Shown here piece by piece: positions 30,805 to 39,905 of a stretch of DNA of 64,000 bases. Location: contig JBBRLQ010000014.1 in NCBI GenBank assembly GCA_038231275.1, positions 128,001 to 192,000 on the forward strand, given 5' to 3'. How positions within the stretch are numbered: the first letter of the stretch is position 1; each line of letters begins with the position of its first letter. The stretch is from Polyangiales bacterium (GTDB taxonomy: Bacteria > Myxococcota_A > Polyangia > Polyangiales > Polyangiaceae). The translations under genes were made by a program, and so were the position numbers. The notes under the pieces are model-generated. The model searched no databases and had not been told where the DNA came from. It worked only from the letters and a program-made list of their open reading frames with translations.

Positions 30805-31914
30805 ATGGGAAACGACTCGGGTCGCTTTTCGCAAGCCCCAGTATCGGGGGGAAACCCGTACGCGAACGAACAGTACTTCGTCCAGCTGCTGGGCAAGGCC
30901 GTCGCTGCGCGTGCGAGCGACATCCACCTGAAGGTCGGCCATCCGCCCGGCGCGCGCGTGCGCGGCGAGCTCGTGTTCTTCCGCGCGGACGCGCTGCGCC
31001 CCCAGGACACCGAGTCGATCGCCAAGCTTCTCATCCGCGATCCGGCGATCAAGAACAACCTCGACAAGCTCCGCGAGTACGACACGGCGTACTCCGCGCC
31101 CGGCATCGGGCGATTCCGCGTCAACATCTACCGCCAGCGCGGATCGATCGCCGTCGTCATGCGCGCGATCCCCGATCTGATCCCCGACTTCGACACGCTC
31201 GGCGTCCCCGAGGCCGCGCGCCAGCTCATCGACAAGGATCGCGGGCTCATCCTGCTCGTCGGCCCGACCGGCTCCGGCAAGACGTCGACGCTCGCCGCGA
31301 TGATCGGCCACCTGAACAAGCACCAACCGCTCCACATCGTCACCGTCGAGGATCCGATCGAGTTCTGGCACAACGACGACAAGTCGAGCGTCAGCCAGCG
31401 CGAGGTCGGCCTCGACACCGGCGGCTTCGCCGAGGCTCTTCGCGCCGCGCTCCGCCAGGATCCCGACGTCATCTTCGTCGGCGAGATCCGCGACGAGGAG
31501 ACGATGGACATCGCGCTCAAGGCGGCGGAGACCGGTCACCTCGTCCTCTCCACGCTGCACACGCCGGACGTCACGCGCACGTTCGGGCGCATGCTCGCGA
31601 TGGCGCCGAAAGGGCAGCCGGGCGGCGCCGAAGAGATCCGCGAGCGCATCGGCGACGCGCTCCAGGGCGTCATCGCGCAGCGCCTCCTCCCGCGCAAAGA
31701 CGGGACGGGCCTGGTGCTGGCGGCCGAGGTGCTCGTGGCGTCGGGCACGGTTCGCGAGGCGATCAAGCGCCCGGAGGGGAACCCGTCGCTCAACGAGCTG
31801 ATGGAAAAGGGCGTTCATCCCTACGGAATGCAGACGTTCGCCATGCACATGAAGCAGCTCGTGCAGGCCGGCATCGTCGACAAGGACGTGGCGCGCCTGG
31901 CGTCGACCTTCTAG
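30805..31914 (+). CDS. pilT: PilT/PilU family type IV pilus ATPase
   Basis: ASDIHL, RFRVN, GPTGSGKTST, TVEDPIE, LRQDPDVIFVGEIRD, AETGHLVLSTLHT, GMQTF. Confidence 0.88.
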   Translation: MGNDSGRFSQAPVSGGNPYANEQYFVQLLGKAVAARASDIHLKVGHPPGARVRGELVFFRADALRPQDTESIAKLLIRDPAIKNNLDKLREYDTAYSAPGIGRFRVNIYRQRGSIAVVMRAIPDLIPDFDTLGVPEAARQLIDKDRGLILLVGPTGSGKTSTLAAMIGHLNKHQPLHIVTVEDPIEFWHNDDKSSVSQREVGLDTGGFAEALRAALRQDPDVIFVGEIRDEETMDIALKAAETGHLVLSTLHTPDVTRTFGRMLAMAPKGQPGGAEEIRERIGDALQGVIAQRLLPRKDGTGLVLAAEVLVASGTVREAIKRPEGNPSLNELMEKGVHPYGMQTFAMHMKQLVQAGIVDKDVARLASTF

Positions 31915-31974
31915 GTCGTTCTGCTCGAAAGTTGCGTTCGTCGGCTCCCGCCGTACGATCAAAGGTGGCGGCCG

Positions 31975-33543
31975 ATGCGTCACCTCCGCGCGCTCCGCGC
32001 GACCCTGTTCGTGGTTTCGTTTTCCGGTGCTCTCCTCGTCAAGAGCGCAGAGGTCGGCAGCGCGCCGCCTGCGCCCCTTGCGTCGGCGCCCGTGACGACG
32101 ACGGTGACGGCCCTTCCACCGCAGGTGCCGCACCCCAACCGTGACCGCAAGGACGAGCCTCACGTCCTCGGACGCTGCGACGCGAGCGCGCAGTCCCATG
32201 CCTTCACGATCGCACACGTCAACGACATGCAGGCGCGCTACACGAGCCGCATCGACGGCAAGAGCCGGTGGGCGTACGTCGCCGGCTACCTCCGCCACCT
32301 GAAGGAGGAGGTGCCGGAGACGCTCGTGATGGACGCCGGCGACGACTACGAGAAGGGCTCGATCGCCGATCTGCGCTCGATGGGGGAGGCGACGCGCCAG
32401 ATGCTCCAGGCGCTCCCGATCGACGTGCGCACGATCGGCAATCACGACTTCGCGTATGGCGAAGGAGCCGTCTTGCGGGATCTGATGGAGAGCGCGCATC
32501 CAGTCCTCGCGGCGAATGTCGCGTACGCGGACGGGAGCTCGCCGCTCTTGCCCTACGCGCGCTTCGACGTCGGCTGCGTGAAGGTCGGCGTCGTCGGTCT
32601 CGTGACGCAGAACTATGGCGCCGACGATCAGCCGACGAAGGCCCCGTACAACGGGGTCCTCGTGCACGACGATCGGTATGACGCCGCGGCCGAGCGCGTC
32701 GTGAGGGCGCACCGCGCCGAGGTCGACGTCATGATCGCGCTCGATCACCTCGGCCTCTTCGAGGACGCGCGCGTCGCGGGGAGGGTTCCTGGGATCGATC
32801 TCGTCATCGGCGGCCACTCGGAGGATCTCATCAGGGCGCCCCTGCCGGTGACGCGCGCCGACGGGGCGAGGGCGTGGGTCGTTCAAGCGGGTCACTACGC
32901 GGAAGCCATCGGACGGCTCGATCTGTCGTACCTCCCGCAGCAGAAGCGCCTCGTCATCGATCGCGCGCGGATCGTCGACGTGAGCGCCGCGATGCCGGTC
33001 GCGGAGGACGTGGCGGACCTCGCGGCGAGCCTCGAACGGCGGTACGCGCCGGACGCGCTCGCGCCGATCGCCTACGCCCACGGGGAAATTCGGGCGCGCG
33101 CCATGCCAGAGCTCCTGTTCCGGGCCGCCGCGCAGGAGTGGGGCGTGGACGCCATGATCGTCGGGCGCGACCTGTTCTGGGACGGCCTCCCCGCGGGCCC
33201 CATCACGCTCCAGCGCCTCTACGACGCCGTGCTCGTCCAGCGCGAGCCGGCGGGGACGAGCGGCTTCTCGGCCATCTACCTCCTCGAGATCACCGGAGCC
33301 GATCTCGTCGAGCTCGCCGGCAAGACGTCCGGCAGCGGGCAATTCGCTACGTTCTTTCCGACGGGTGCCGTGGCCGCGTCGCGGACCTACCGCGTCGCGA
33401 TCGAAAAGCGCGCGCTTTTCACCCCGGCGATCGCCTTCCGAGGTGCGCCGCGCCTGCCCGAGGGGCGCTACGCCGGCGAGATGATCGACGTGCTCGAGTC
33501 GTACGCGCGCGCGCGGACGCGACGCGGTCTCGGCCTCGACTGA
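31975..33543 (+). CDS. 5'-nucleotidase-family metallophosphoesterase, secreted
   Basis: Signal peptide; HVND, DAGD, GNHDF, HLG, GGHS calcineurin-like motifs; C-terminal domain. Confidence 0.82.
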   Translation: MRHLRALRATLFVVSFSGALLVKSAEVGSAPPAPLASAPVTTTVTALPPQVPHPNRDRKDEPHVLGRCDASAQSHAFTIAHVNDMQARYTSRIDGKSRWAYVAGYLRHLKEEVPETLVMDAGDDYEKGSIADLRSMGEATRQMLQALPIDVRTIGNHDFAYGEGAVLRDLMESAHPVLAANVAYADGSSPLLPYARFDVGCVKVGVVGLVTQNYGADDQPTKAPYNGVLVHDDRYDAAAERVVRAHRAEVDVMIALDHLGLFEDARVAGRVPGIDLVIGGHSEDLIRAPLPVTRADGARAWVVQAGHYAEAIGRLDLSYLPQQKRLVIDRARIVDVSAAMPVAEDVADLAASLERRYAPDALAPIAYAHGEIRARAMPELLFRAAAQEWGVDAMIVGRDLFWDGLPAGPITLQRLYDAVLVQREPAGTSGFSAIYLLEITGADLVELAGKTSGSGQFATFFPTGAVAASRTYRVAIEKRALFTPAIAFRGAPRLPEGRYAGEMIDVLESYARARTRRGLGLD

Positions 33544-33557
33544 CGCGCGCGGTCACG

Positions 33558-33932
33558 TTACTGCGCGACGTCGCGCGCCTTCACCCATTCGATGGCGCGA
33601 TCGAGATCGTCCGGCTTGGCGAAGACCGGCGCCAGCGTCGTCGCGCGCGCCATCACGTCGGCGCTCGCCCCCGCCGTGAAGAACGCCAGCGGGAGATCGG
33701 GCCGCTTTTCGCGCAGCGCAACGGCGACGTCGACACCGTTGCCATCGCCGAGATCGAGATCGAGCAGCGCGCACGACAGCGCGGCGGGATCGACAGCGCG
33801 GGCTTCCGCAGCGCTGCGTGCCTCCACGTACGCCACGCCCTCCGACGTGAGGCGACGTGTTACCGCGGCGCGAGCGATGGCAGTGTCGTCGGCGATTAGG
33901 GCAATTTTACGGGCGGAGCTTGGGGCGGACAC
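33558..33932 (-). CDS. Single-domain response regulator (receiver)
   Basis: LIADD, LLDLDLGDGNG, FFTA, FAKP. Confidence 0.8.
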   Translation of the reverse strand: MSAPSSARKIALIADDTAIARAAVTRRLTSEGVAYVEARSAAEARAVDPAALSCALLDLDLGDGNGVDVAVALREKRPDLPLAFFTAGASADVMARATTLAPVFAKPDDLDRAIEWVKARDVAQ

Positions 33933-33977
33933 GGGATCCCATCACCCCCCCGACGACGCACGTGTCAGCATAGCGCA

Positions 33978-34031
33978 CGCCCCGGCCTGGACCACCGCCC
34001 CGTGATGGAGCACCGCGGTTCGGCGGTGCAG
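33978..34031 (+). promoter_or_regulatory. Tandem 18-bp repeats, candidate enhancer (UAS) for the sigma54 promoter
   Basis: CGCCCCGGCCTGGACCAC / CGCCCCGTGATGGAGCAC (14/18 identical) plus a third degenerate unit ending GGTGCA; units resemble GCNCC-N5-GGNGC. Confidence 0.5.
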
Positions 34032-34065
34032 ATGAAAATGGTCAATGAATCCGGAGCGAGGATCT

Positions 34066-34081
34066 TGGCACCGTCCTCGCT
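34066..34081 (+). promoter_or_regulatory. Sigma54 promoter of the MBL hydrolase gene
   Basis: TGGCACC-GTCC-TCGCT, GG-N10-GC. Confidence 0.7.
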
Positions 34082-34160
34082 AAGGAACTGATTGTCATCC
34101 GAACGGAGGACGCGTCGTTGGCGGACGCGACTCAGCAGGAGCTGACGTCGGAGGAGAACC

Positions 34161-35015
34161 ATGCGTATCGACTTTTGGGGCGTTCGAGGGAGCATCGCGT
34201 CGCCGGGACCGGAGACGGCACAGGTCGGCGGCAACACCAGCTGCGTGGAGGTTCGGTGCGGCGAGACACGCATCGTCCTCGACGCGGGCACCGGTCTGCG
34301 CCGGCTCGGCGAGTCACTGATGGGCGAGATGGCGGAGACGAAGCGCCCGCTCGATCTCCACCTGCTCTTGAGCCACTTCCACTGGGACCACATCCAGGGT
34401 CTGCCGTTCTTCGTTCCGGCGTACGTGCCGACGACGAAGCTCTCCATCTGGGGCGCGCCGAACGGGATCATGTCGATCGGAGAGACGCTGGCGCACCAGA
34501 TGATGGGGCCGGTCTTTCCGGTGCGCCTCGACGAGCTCTCCGCGAAGCTCGATCTGCACGAGGTCCGTCAGGGGCAGTCGTTCGAGATCGGCGACGTGAA
34601 GGTCCGCGCGGCGAAGCTGAATCATCCGGGCGGCGTGCAGGCGTACCGGATCGATCACGACGGCCACAGCGTCGTGTACGCGACCGACACCGAGCACTAC
34701 GCGTGCCTCGATCCGCAGCTCGTTGCGCTCGCGAAGGGGGCCGACGTCCTCATTTACGACTCGCAGTACACCGAGGAGGAGTACGCGAAGAAGGTCGGCT
34801 GGGGCCACTCCACCTACGTCCGCGGCTGCGAGCTGGCGTCGGCGGCCGGCGTTGGGCAATACGTGCTGTTCCATCACGACCCGTCGCGCACCGACGCGAA
34901 GGTGGCGGAGCTGGAGGGGCGGGCGCAGGAGCTGTTTCCGTCGGCCCTGGCGGCCCGGGAGGGGCTCCGCATCGAGCTGCCCGGTCGATCGGGGTCGGGT
35001 CTCGTCGCGGCGTGA
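34161..35015 (+). CDS. MBL-fold metallo-hydrolase (RNase Z/cyclic nucleotide phosphodiesterase-like)
   Basis: FWGVRGS, GGNTSC, DAGTG, SHFHWDHIQG (HxHxDH), HPG, ATDTE, GWGHS, FHHDP. Confidence 0.9.
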   Translation: MRIDFWGVRGSIASPGPETAQVGGNTSCVEVRCGETRIVLDAGTGLRRLGESLMGEMAETKRPLDLHLLLSHFHWDHIQGLPFFVPAYVPTTKLSIWGAPNGIMSIGETLAHQMMGPVFPVRLDELSAKLDLHEVRQGQSFEIGDVKVRAAKLNHPGGVQAYRIDHDGHSVVYATDTEHYACLDPQLVALAKGADVLIYDSQYTEEEYAKKVGWGHSTYVRGCELASAAGVGQYVLFHHDPSRTDAKVAELEGRAQELFPSALAAREGLRIELPGRSGSGLVAA

Positions 35016-35044
35016 CGGAGGCCGCGCAACACTTTACGCTCGGG

Positions 35045-36514
35045 ATGACGATGTCGTCCCGCCTCTCGCTCCTCGTCGATCTCGCCAGCCTGCTCACGCG
35101 CGAGGTCGATTTCGACGCGCTCCTCTCGAACGCGTGCGAACGCCTGGCGTCTGCGCTCCGGTGCGAGCGCGCGACGATCTGGCTCGTCGACGCCGAGGAG
35201 GGGGATCTGGTCGCGAGGGTCGCGGTTCTCCCGGAGCTACCGGCGCTTCGTCAGCCGATCGATCGCGGCGTGGCCGGCCACGTCGCGCGCACCGGAGAGG
35301 TCGTGCGCACGGACGAAGCGCAGAAGGACGCGCGCTTCGATCGCAGCGTCGATCTGGTCACCGGGTACACGACGCGCTCGATGCTGGTGGCGCCGATCCG
35401 CGAGGACGGGCGGTCTCCGCTCCGCGGCGTCGTCCAGCTCCTGAACCGCATCGGCGGCTCCTTCGACGAGGACGACGAGAAGTACCTGGTGGCCCTCGGC
35501 ACGCAGCTCGCGCGCGCGTTGGCGATGACGACGCTCCGCGCGGCGCACGCCGAGGGGCCGGGCGTCACCTTGCGCGGTCCGTTCAACCGCATCATCGGCC
35601 GCAGCGCGAAGCTCGCCGCCGTGTACGAGCGCATCGCCCTCGCCGCGCAGACCGACGCGCAGGTGCTCCTCCGGGGCGAGACCGGCACCGGCAAGGGGCT
35701 CTTCGCGCGCGCCATCCACGTGAACAGCGCTCGCCAAGCGGGCCCGTTCGTCACCGTCGACTGCACCACGTTGCCTCCGCAGCTCGTCGAGAGCGAGCTC
35801 TTCGGCCATGAACGCGGCGCGTTCACCGGCGCCGATCGCCGCGTGCCCGGGAAGGTGGAGCTCGCGGAGGGAGGCACCCTCTTCCTCGACGAGGTCGGCG
35901 ATCTGCCCCCGGACATCCAGGGAAAGCTCCTCCGCTTCTTGCAAGAGCGCGTTTTCGAGCGCGTCGGTGGGCGCACGCCGCTCCGGGCGAACGTGCGCGT
36001 CGTATGCGCGACGCACCAGGACCTCGAGAAGGCGGTCCGCGAGCACACCTTCCGCGAGGACCTCTATTACCGCGTACGCGTCGTCGAGATCGAGCTGCCG
36101 CCGCTTCGCGCGCGCGGGCCCGACGAGGTCGAGCAGCTCGCTCGCCACTTCGCGGACATGTACGCCAAGCGCTACGGCCGCCCCGAGCCGACGTTCGAGG
36201 CCGAGGCCCTCGCACGAATGCGCGCGCACAGGTGGCCTGGCAACGTGCGCGAGCTGGAGCACTGGGTGGAGAGCGCGATCGTTCTCGCCGCCGACGGATA
36301 CGTGCGCGTCCAGCACCTCCCCACCGATCGCGGCAAAGACGCTCCCGCGGGAGGTGAAGACGCCGAAGTCGCGTTGCCGCTCGGCCTTCCGCTCGAAGAA
36401 GCGTCGCGCCGGTACGTCGAGGCCACGGTGAGCGCATGCGGCGGAAACAAGGCCGAGGCCGCGCGCCGCCTCCACGTCGGCCGCAACACGATCGGCCGGA
36501 CCCTCAAGAGCTGA
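35045..36514 (+). CDS. Sigma54-dependent enhancer-binding protein, GAF-AAA+-Fis HTH
   Basis: N-terminal GAF; GETGTGK, ESELFGHERGAFTGA, LDEVG, FREDLYYR, WPGNVREL, GNKAEAARRL; start 35045 or 35051. Confidence 0.93.
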   Translation: MTMSSRLSLLVDLASLLTREVDFDALLSNACERLASALRCERATIWLVDAEEGDLVARVAVLPELPALRQPIDRGVAGHVARTGEVVRTDEAQKDARFDRSVDLVTGYTTRSMLVAPIREDGRSPLRGVVQLLNRIGGSFDEDDEKYLVALGTQLARALAMTTLRAAHAEGPGVTLRGPFNRIIGRSAKLAAVYERIALAAQTDAQVLLRGETGTGKGLFARAIHVNSARQAGPFVTVDCTTLPPQLVESELFGHERGAFTGADRRVPGKVELAEGGTLFLDEVGDLPPDIQGKLLRFLQERVFERVGGRTPLRANVRVVCATHQDLEKAVREHTFREDLYYRVRVVEIELPPLRARGPDEVEQLARHFADMYAKRYGRPEPTFEAEALARMRAHRWPGNVRELEHWVESAIVLAADGYVRVQHLPTDRGKDAPAGGEDAEVALPLGLPLEEASRRYVEATVSACGGNKAEAARRLHVGRNTIGRTLKS

Positions 36515-36583
36515 CGTCGCCGGGCGCGCCCCGCCGTACCCGCGGGTGACGGAGCGCCGCGCCTTTGCTAGGGTGCCGACGAC

Positions 36584-37528
36584 ATGCCCTTCACCCGCCA
36601 GGAAGTCCGCGCGCTCTACGACACGCCGCTCCTCGCCCTCGTCGACGAGGCGCGCTCCGTCCACAAGAAGAACCACGTGGACGACGAGGTGCAGCTCTGC
36701 ACCCTCCTCAGCGTGAAGACCGGCGGCTGCCAGGAGGACTGCGCGTACTGCCCGCAGTCGAGCCACTACGAGACGAACGTGGAGGCCGAGAAGATCCTCG
36801 ACGTGCGCACCGTCGTCGCCCACGCGCGCCGCGCGAAAGAGCTCGGGTCGACGCGTTTCTGCATGGGGTGGGCGTGGCGCGAGGTGAAGGACGGCCCGGC
36901 GTTCGAGAACATGCTCGAGATCGTGAAGGGCGTGAAAGAGGTCGGCATCGAGGCGTGCGTAACCGCCGGCATGCTCACCGAGGCGCAGGCCAAGCGCCTC
37001 GGCGCCGCCGGCCTCGACGCGTACAACCACAACCTCGACACGAGCCGCGAGAATTACCGGTCGATCATCAAGACGCGCACCTTCGACGATCGCCTCCAGA
37101 CGCTCCAGAACGTGCGCTCCGCCGGCGTCACGATTTGCTCGGGCGGCATCATCGGGATGGGCGAGAGCGTGGACGATCGCTGCGAGATGCTCCGAACGCT
37201 GGCCAACCTCGAACCGCAACCCGAGAGCGTACCCATCAACGCCCTGGTGCCCGTCGAGGGGACGCCGCTCGGTCACATGCCGCCCGTCGATCCGCTCGAT
37301 CTCGTCCGCATGATCGCGGTCGCGCGCGTGCTCATGCCCAAGACGCGTGTTCGCCTGTCGGCGGGCCGCACTTCGCTCACGCGCGAGGCGCAGATGCTGT
37401 GCTTGATGGCAGGCGCGAACTCGATCTTCTACGGCGAGAAGCTCCTCACGACGCCGAACCCCGACGAAGAGGAAGATCTCTCCCTCCTCCGCGCCGCAGG
37501 TCTCCGCGCGATGGCGCCGGCGCCCTAG
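36584..37528 (+). CDS. bioB: Biotin synthase
   Basis: [53 protein letters not shown]. Confidence 0.97.
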   Translation: MPFTRQEVRALYDTPLLALVDEARSVHKKNHVDDEVQLCTLLSVKTGGCQEDCAYCPQSSHYETNVEAEKILDVRTVVAHARRAKELGSTRFCMGWAWREVKDGPAFENMLEIVKGVKEVGIEACVTAGMLTEAQAKRLGAAGLDAYNHNLDTSRENYRSIIKTRTFDDRLQTLQNVRSAGVTICSGGIIGMGESVDDRCEMLRTLANLEPQPESVPINALVPVEGTPLGHMPPVDPLDLVRMIAVARVLMPKTRVRLSAGRTSLTREAQMLCLMAGANSIFYGEKLLTTPNPDEEEDLSLLRAAGLRAMAPAP

Positions 37529-37531
37529 ACT

Positions 37532-37786
37532 TCAGCCGTCCGGGCGCGCGATGTCGGGGCCGGCGTCGAACGGCGGGTTCGTGTCGCGCACGGACGTGTC
37601 GGTCGGCGGCGCGTTCGTGTCGTCGGGCGTCGCGGTGTCGGGCGTCTCGAGGACGGTGCCGTCGCCTCCGCCCGGCGGGAACAGACGACGGCCGCCGCCT
37701 TGGTAGTCGGTCGACGCCGAGCAGCCGTACGACAAGAGCATCGCGAAGCCGAGCGCGAGGATCACGAACACGAGGCGCCGCGTCAT
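37532..37786 (-). CDS. Small lipoprotein with acidic Asp/Thr/Pro tail
   Basis: ATGA-coupled to the upstream gene; MTRRLVFVILALGFAMLLSYGC lipobox. Confidence 0.6.
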   Translation of the reverse strand: MTRRLVFVILALGFAMLLSYGCSASTDYQGGGRRLFPPGGGDGTVLETPDTATPDDTNAPPTDTSVRDTNPPFDAGPDIARPDG

Positions 37787-38358
37787 CCGCACACCCAGAG
37801 GCCCGTGTCGGGGGAGCAGGTGCAGTTGACGGTCGCGTCGGCCGACGGGCACACGGTGCTCGGCGGATAGAAGCCGGCGCACCGGTAGCCGCCGGCCGCG
37901 GGGTAAACCGGACACTTCGGCATCTGGATGACGAACGGCGCGGTGGCCTTCACGACGCCGTCGACCGAGACCTCGCAGACGAACGCGCCTTGCGGCCAGG
38001 GATCGGCGTTCTCGGCGGTGACGAGGTTGGGGTTGCCGGCGTGCGCGAGGGAGAAGACGAGGCTCTTGGTGTCCTTGCTCGCAGGCAGCTCGCCGATCTG
38101 GAACGTGATCGCCTCGCCCTTGCCGTCGCCCGCCTGCGTTTGCCGCACCGTTGCGAACACGGTGAGCCCATCGCGCGAGCCCTTCATCTGGGCGATGCAG
38201 TTGATGTTCTCGGTGTCCGTGAAGAACGTCGTGCGCTTTCGCTCGCCGGTGTCGAGCGCCATGAATGCGTCGACCGTGGGACCCGAGCCACAGGCGGTCG
38301 CGATGCTCATCGCGATGGCGCAGAGCGGCGGGACGAGGAGAAAGAGGCCGCGTGCCAT
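37783..38358 (-). CDS. Hypothetical lipoprotein (beta-rich domain plus Cys-rich C-terminus)
   Basis: Lipobox ATAC; high GC3; C-terminal Cys module. Confidence 0.65.
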   Translation of the reverse strand: MARGLFLLVPPLCAIAMSIATACGSGPTVDAFMALDTGERKRTTFFTDTENINCIAQMKGSRDGLTVFATVRQTQAGDGKGEAITFQIGELPASKDTKSLVFSLAHAGNPNLVTAENADPWPQGAFVCEVSVDGVVKATAPFVIQMPKCPVYPAAGGYRCAGFYPPSTVCPSADATVNCTCSPDTGLWVCG

Positions 38359-38423
38359 GTCTGCCCCTGAGCGTGCCAGGCTTCTTTACGCGCGGTCAAG
38401 GTCCGGCGGCGAAAAGGGGCGTT

Positions 38424-39905
38424 TCACAGTGCGCCGAGGCCGCTCTTCTCGAGTACGAGGATCGAGAAAACACGGGCGACGCGGCCTCCGCGGCGGATCG
38501 TGACGGTGCGCCCGGCGACCGGCGTGCGATCGGGGAACATCCGCGCCGGATCGACGTCGAAGCGCGTGTCGGTGACGAAGACGACGGTCTCGGCCTTCTT
38601 CCACGCGTCGCGCGGGCGCCAGCGATCGAAGTCGTCGGGCACCGGCGTCGCGCAGCCGACCGGGACCCTCGGGCCGAGCGCGGCGTGGAGCTGCGCGCAC
38701 ACGATCCAGTGAGGGCCCACGACGACGACGTCCTCCGCGCCGCTTGGAAGAGGAATGCTCCGAACCTCGCGCACCACATCAGGCCAGCCGTAGAGCTCGG
38801 TCGCGAGATCGAGACGCGTGTCGAACGACTCGGGCAGCGCACGCACGAGCGGCGGAACGAGGACCCATGCGTGCGCCGCCGCGGTCATCGCGAGGCCCGT
38901 CGCCAGCGCAGCGACGCCGAGACGACGGCGGATCGGCACAAGGGATGGCGCGCGCGCCCACGCGATCGGGAGCGCGAGGAGGGGCGGCGCGAGCCAGTGC
39001 GGCTCGGCGACGCGGCTCCACACCGCGAGCGGCAATAGGATCGCGAGCGGCAGGAGGAACGACCACGCGAGGAGGCGGCTCACCGCGTCGTCGTCGCGCG
39101 ATCGCCAGAGCGCGCGCCCGACGACGATGCCGAGCCACGCGAGGAGCGGGGACACGTAGGCGAGCTGACCGAAGAGGAGCCCTCCGAGGTTTCGCCACGA
39201 CACGCCCGCGCCTTCTTGGGTGTCGACGAGGCGGTGACGGAGCATCGGCCATCCGGCGCTCGCCTCGAAGCTCACCACCGGAAGGACGATCACGAGCCCG
39301 AGCGCGAGGCCTGCCCATGGCCACACCGTTCGCGCGTGCGCCCGCGTGTGGCGGCTCGCCAGTGTAAGCGCGAGCGCGAGGACGAGCGGCACGGCGGTGA
39401 CCTTCGCGGTGGCGCCGGCGCCTGCCAAGAGCCCCGCACCGAGGAGCGAGATGGCCGCGCGCGTCGAGGTCGCCGGGGCGCGCAGGCCAAACGCTGCCAT
39501 CGCGAGCGCGCCGAGCCACGCGAACGCGAGGAGGAGATCGGGCGTGAGCCCGAAGAGACCCACCGCGATCTCCGGTGCGGCCACGAACGCGAGCCCCGCG
39601 ATCGCCGCGCGCTCCCATGACGCGCCGGCCGCGCGCGCCGCGAGGACGCCGAGCCACGGGACGAGCGTGGCCGCGAACGCCGTGAAAAAATGCGCGGCGG
39701 AGGGCGTCGGCGCACCGCCACCTCCCAACGCGCGCGCGACGACGCCGATCAGCCCTGGATGATCGAGGTACGCCGGCTGCGGGTGGAGCGCGTAGCAGGC
39801 ATAGAGCGCCTCGCTGTCGCCGAACCCCACGCGACCGGCCGCGTACAGCCGTACGGCGAGCAGCGCCAGCGACAGCGCGCCGAGCACCCGGAGCGGCGAC
39901 CTCAC
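38424..39905 (-). CDS. GT-C integral membrane glycosyltransferase (GT39/ArnT/PMT-like)
   Basis: GTGA-coupled to lpxB; DSEALY, YLDHPGL, TPD, AK and EPHW motifs; multiple TM segments. Confidence 0.8.
   Translation of the reverse strand: MRSPLRVLGALSLALLAVRLYAAGRVGFGDSEALYACYALHPQPAYLDHPGLIGVVARALGGGGAPTPSAAHFFTAFAATLVPWLGVLAARAAGASWERAAIAGLAFVAAPEIAVGLFGLTPDLLLAFAWLGALAMAAFGLRAPATSTRAAISLLGAGLLAGAGATAKVTAVPLVLALALTLASRHTRAHARTVWPWAGLALGLVIVLPVVSFEASAGWPMLRHRLVDTQEGAGVSWRNLGGLLFGQLAYVSPLLAWLGIVVGRALWRSRDDDAVSRLLAWSFLLPLAILLPLAVWSRVAEPHWLAPPLLALPIAWARAPSLVPIRRRLGVAALATGLAMTAAAHAWVLVPPLVRALPESFDTRLDLATELYGWPDVVREVRSIPLPSGAEDVVVVGPHWIVCAQLHAALGPRVPVGCATPVPDDFDRWRPRDAWKKAETVVFVTDTRFDVDPARMFPDRTPVAGRTVTIRRGGRVARVFSILVLEKSGLGAL

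Noticed and set aside
38360..38385. Sigma54 promoter (TGGCACG) upstream of the lipoprotein gene at 38358
   Set aside because: The GG-to-GC spacing does not equal the required 10 nt
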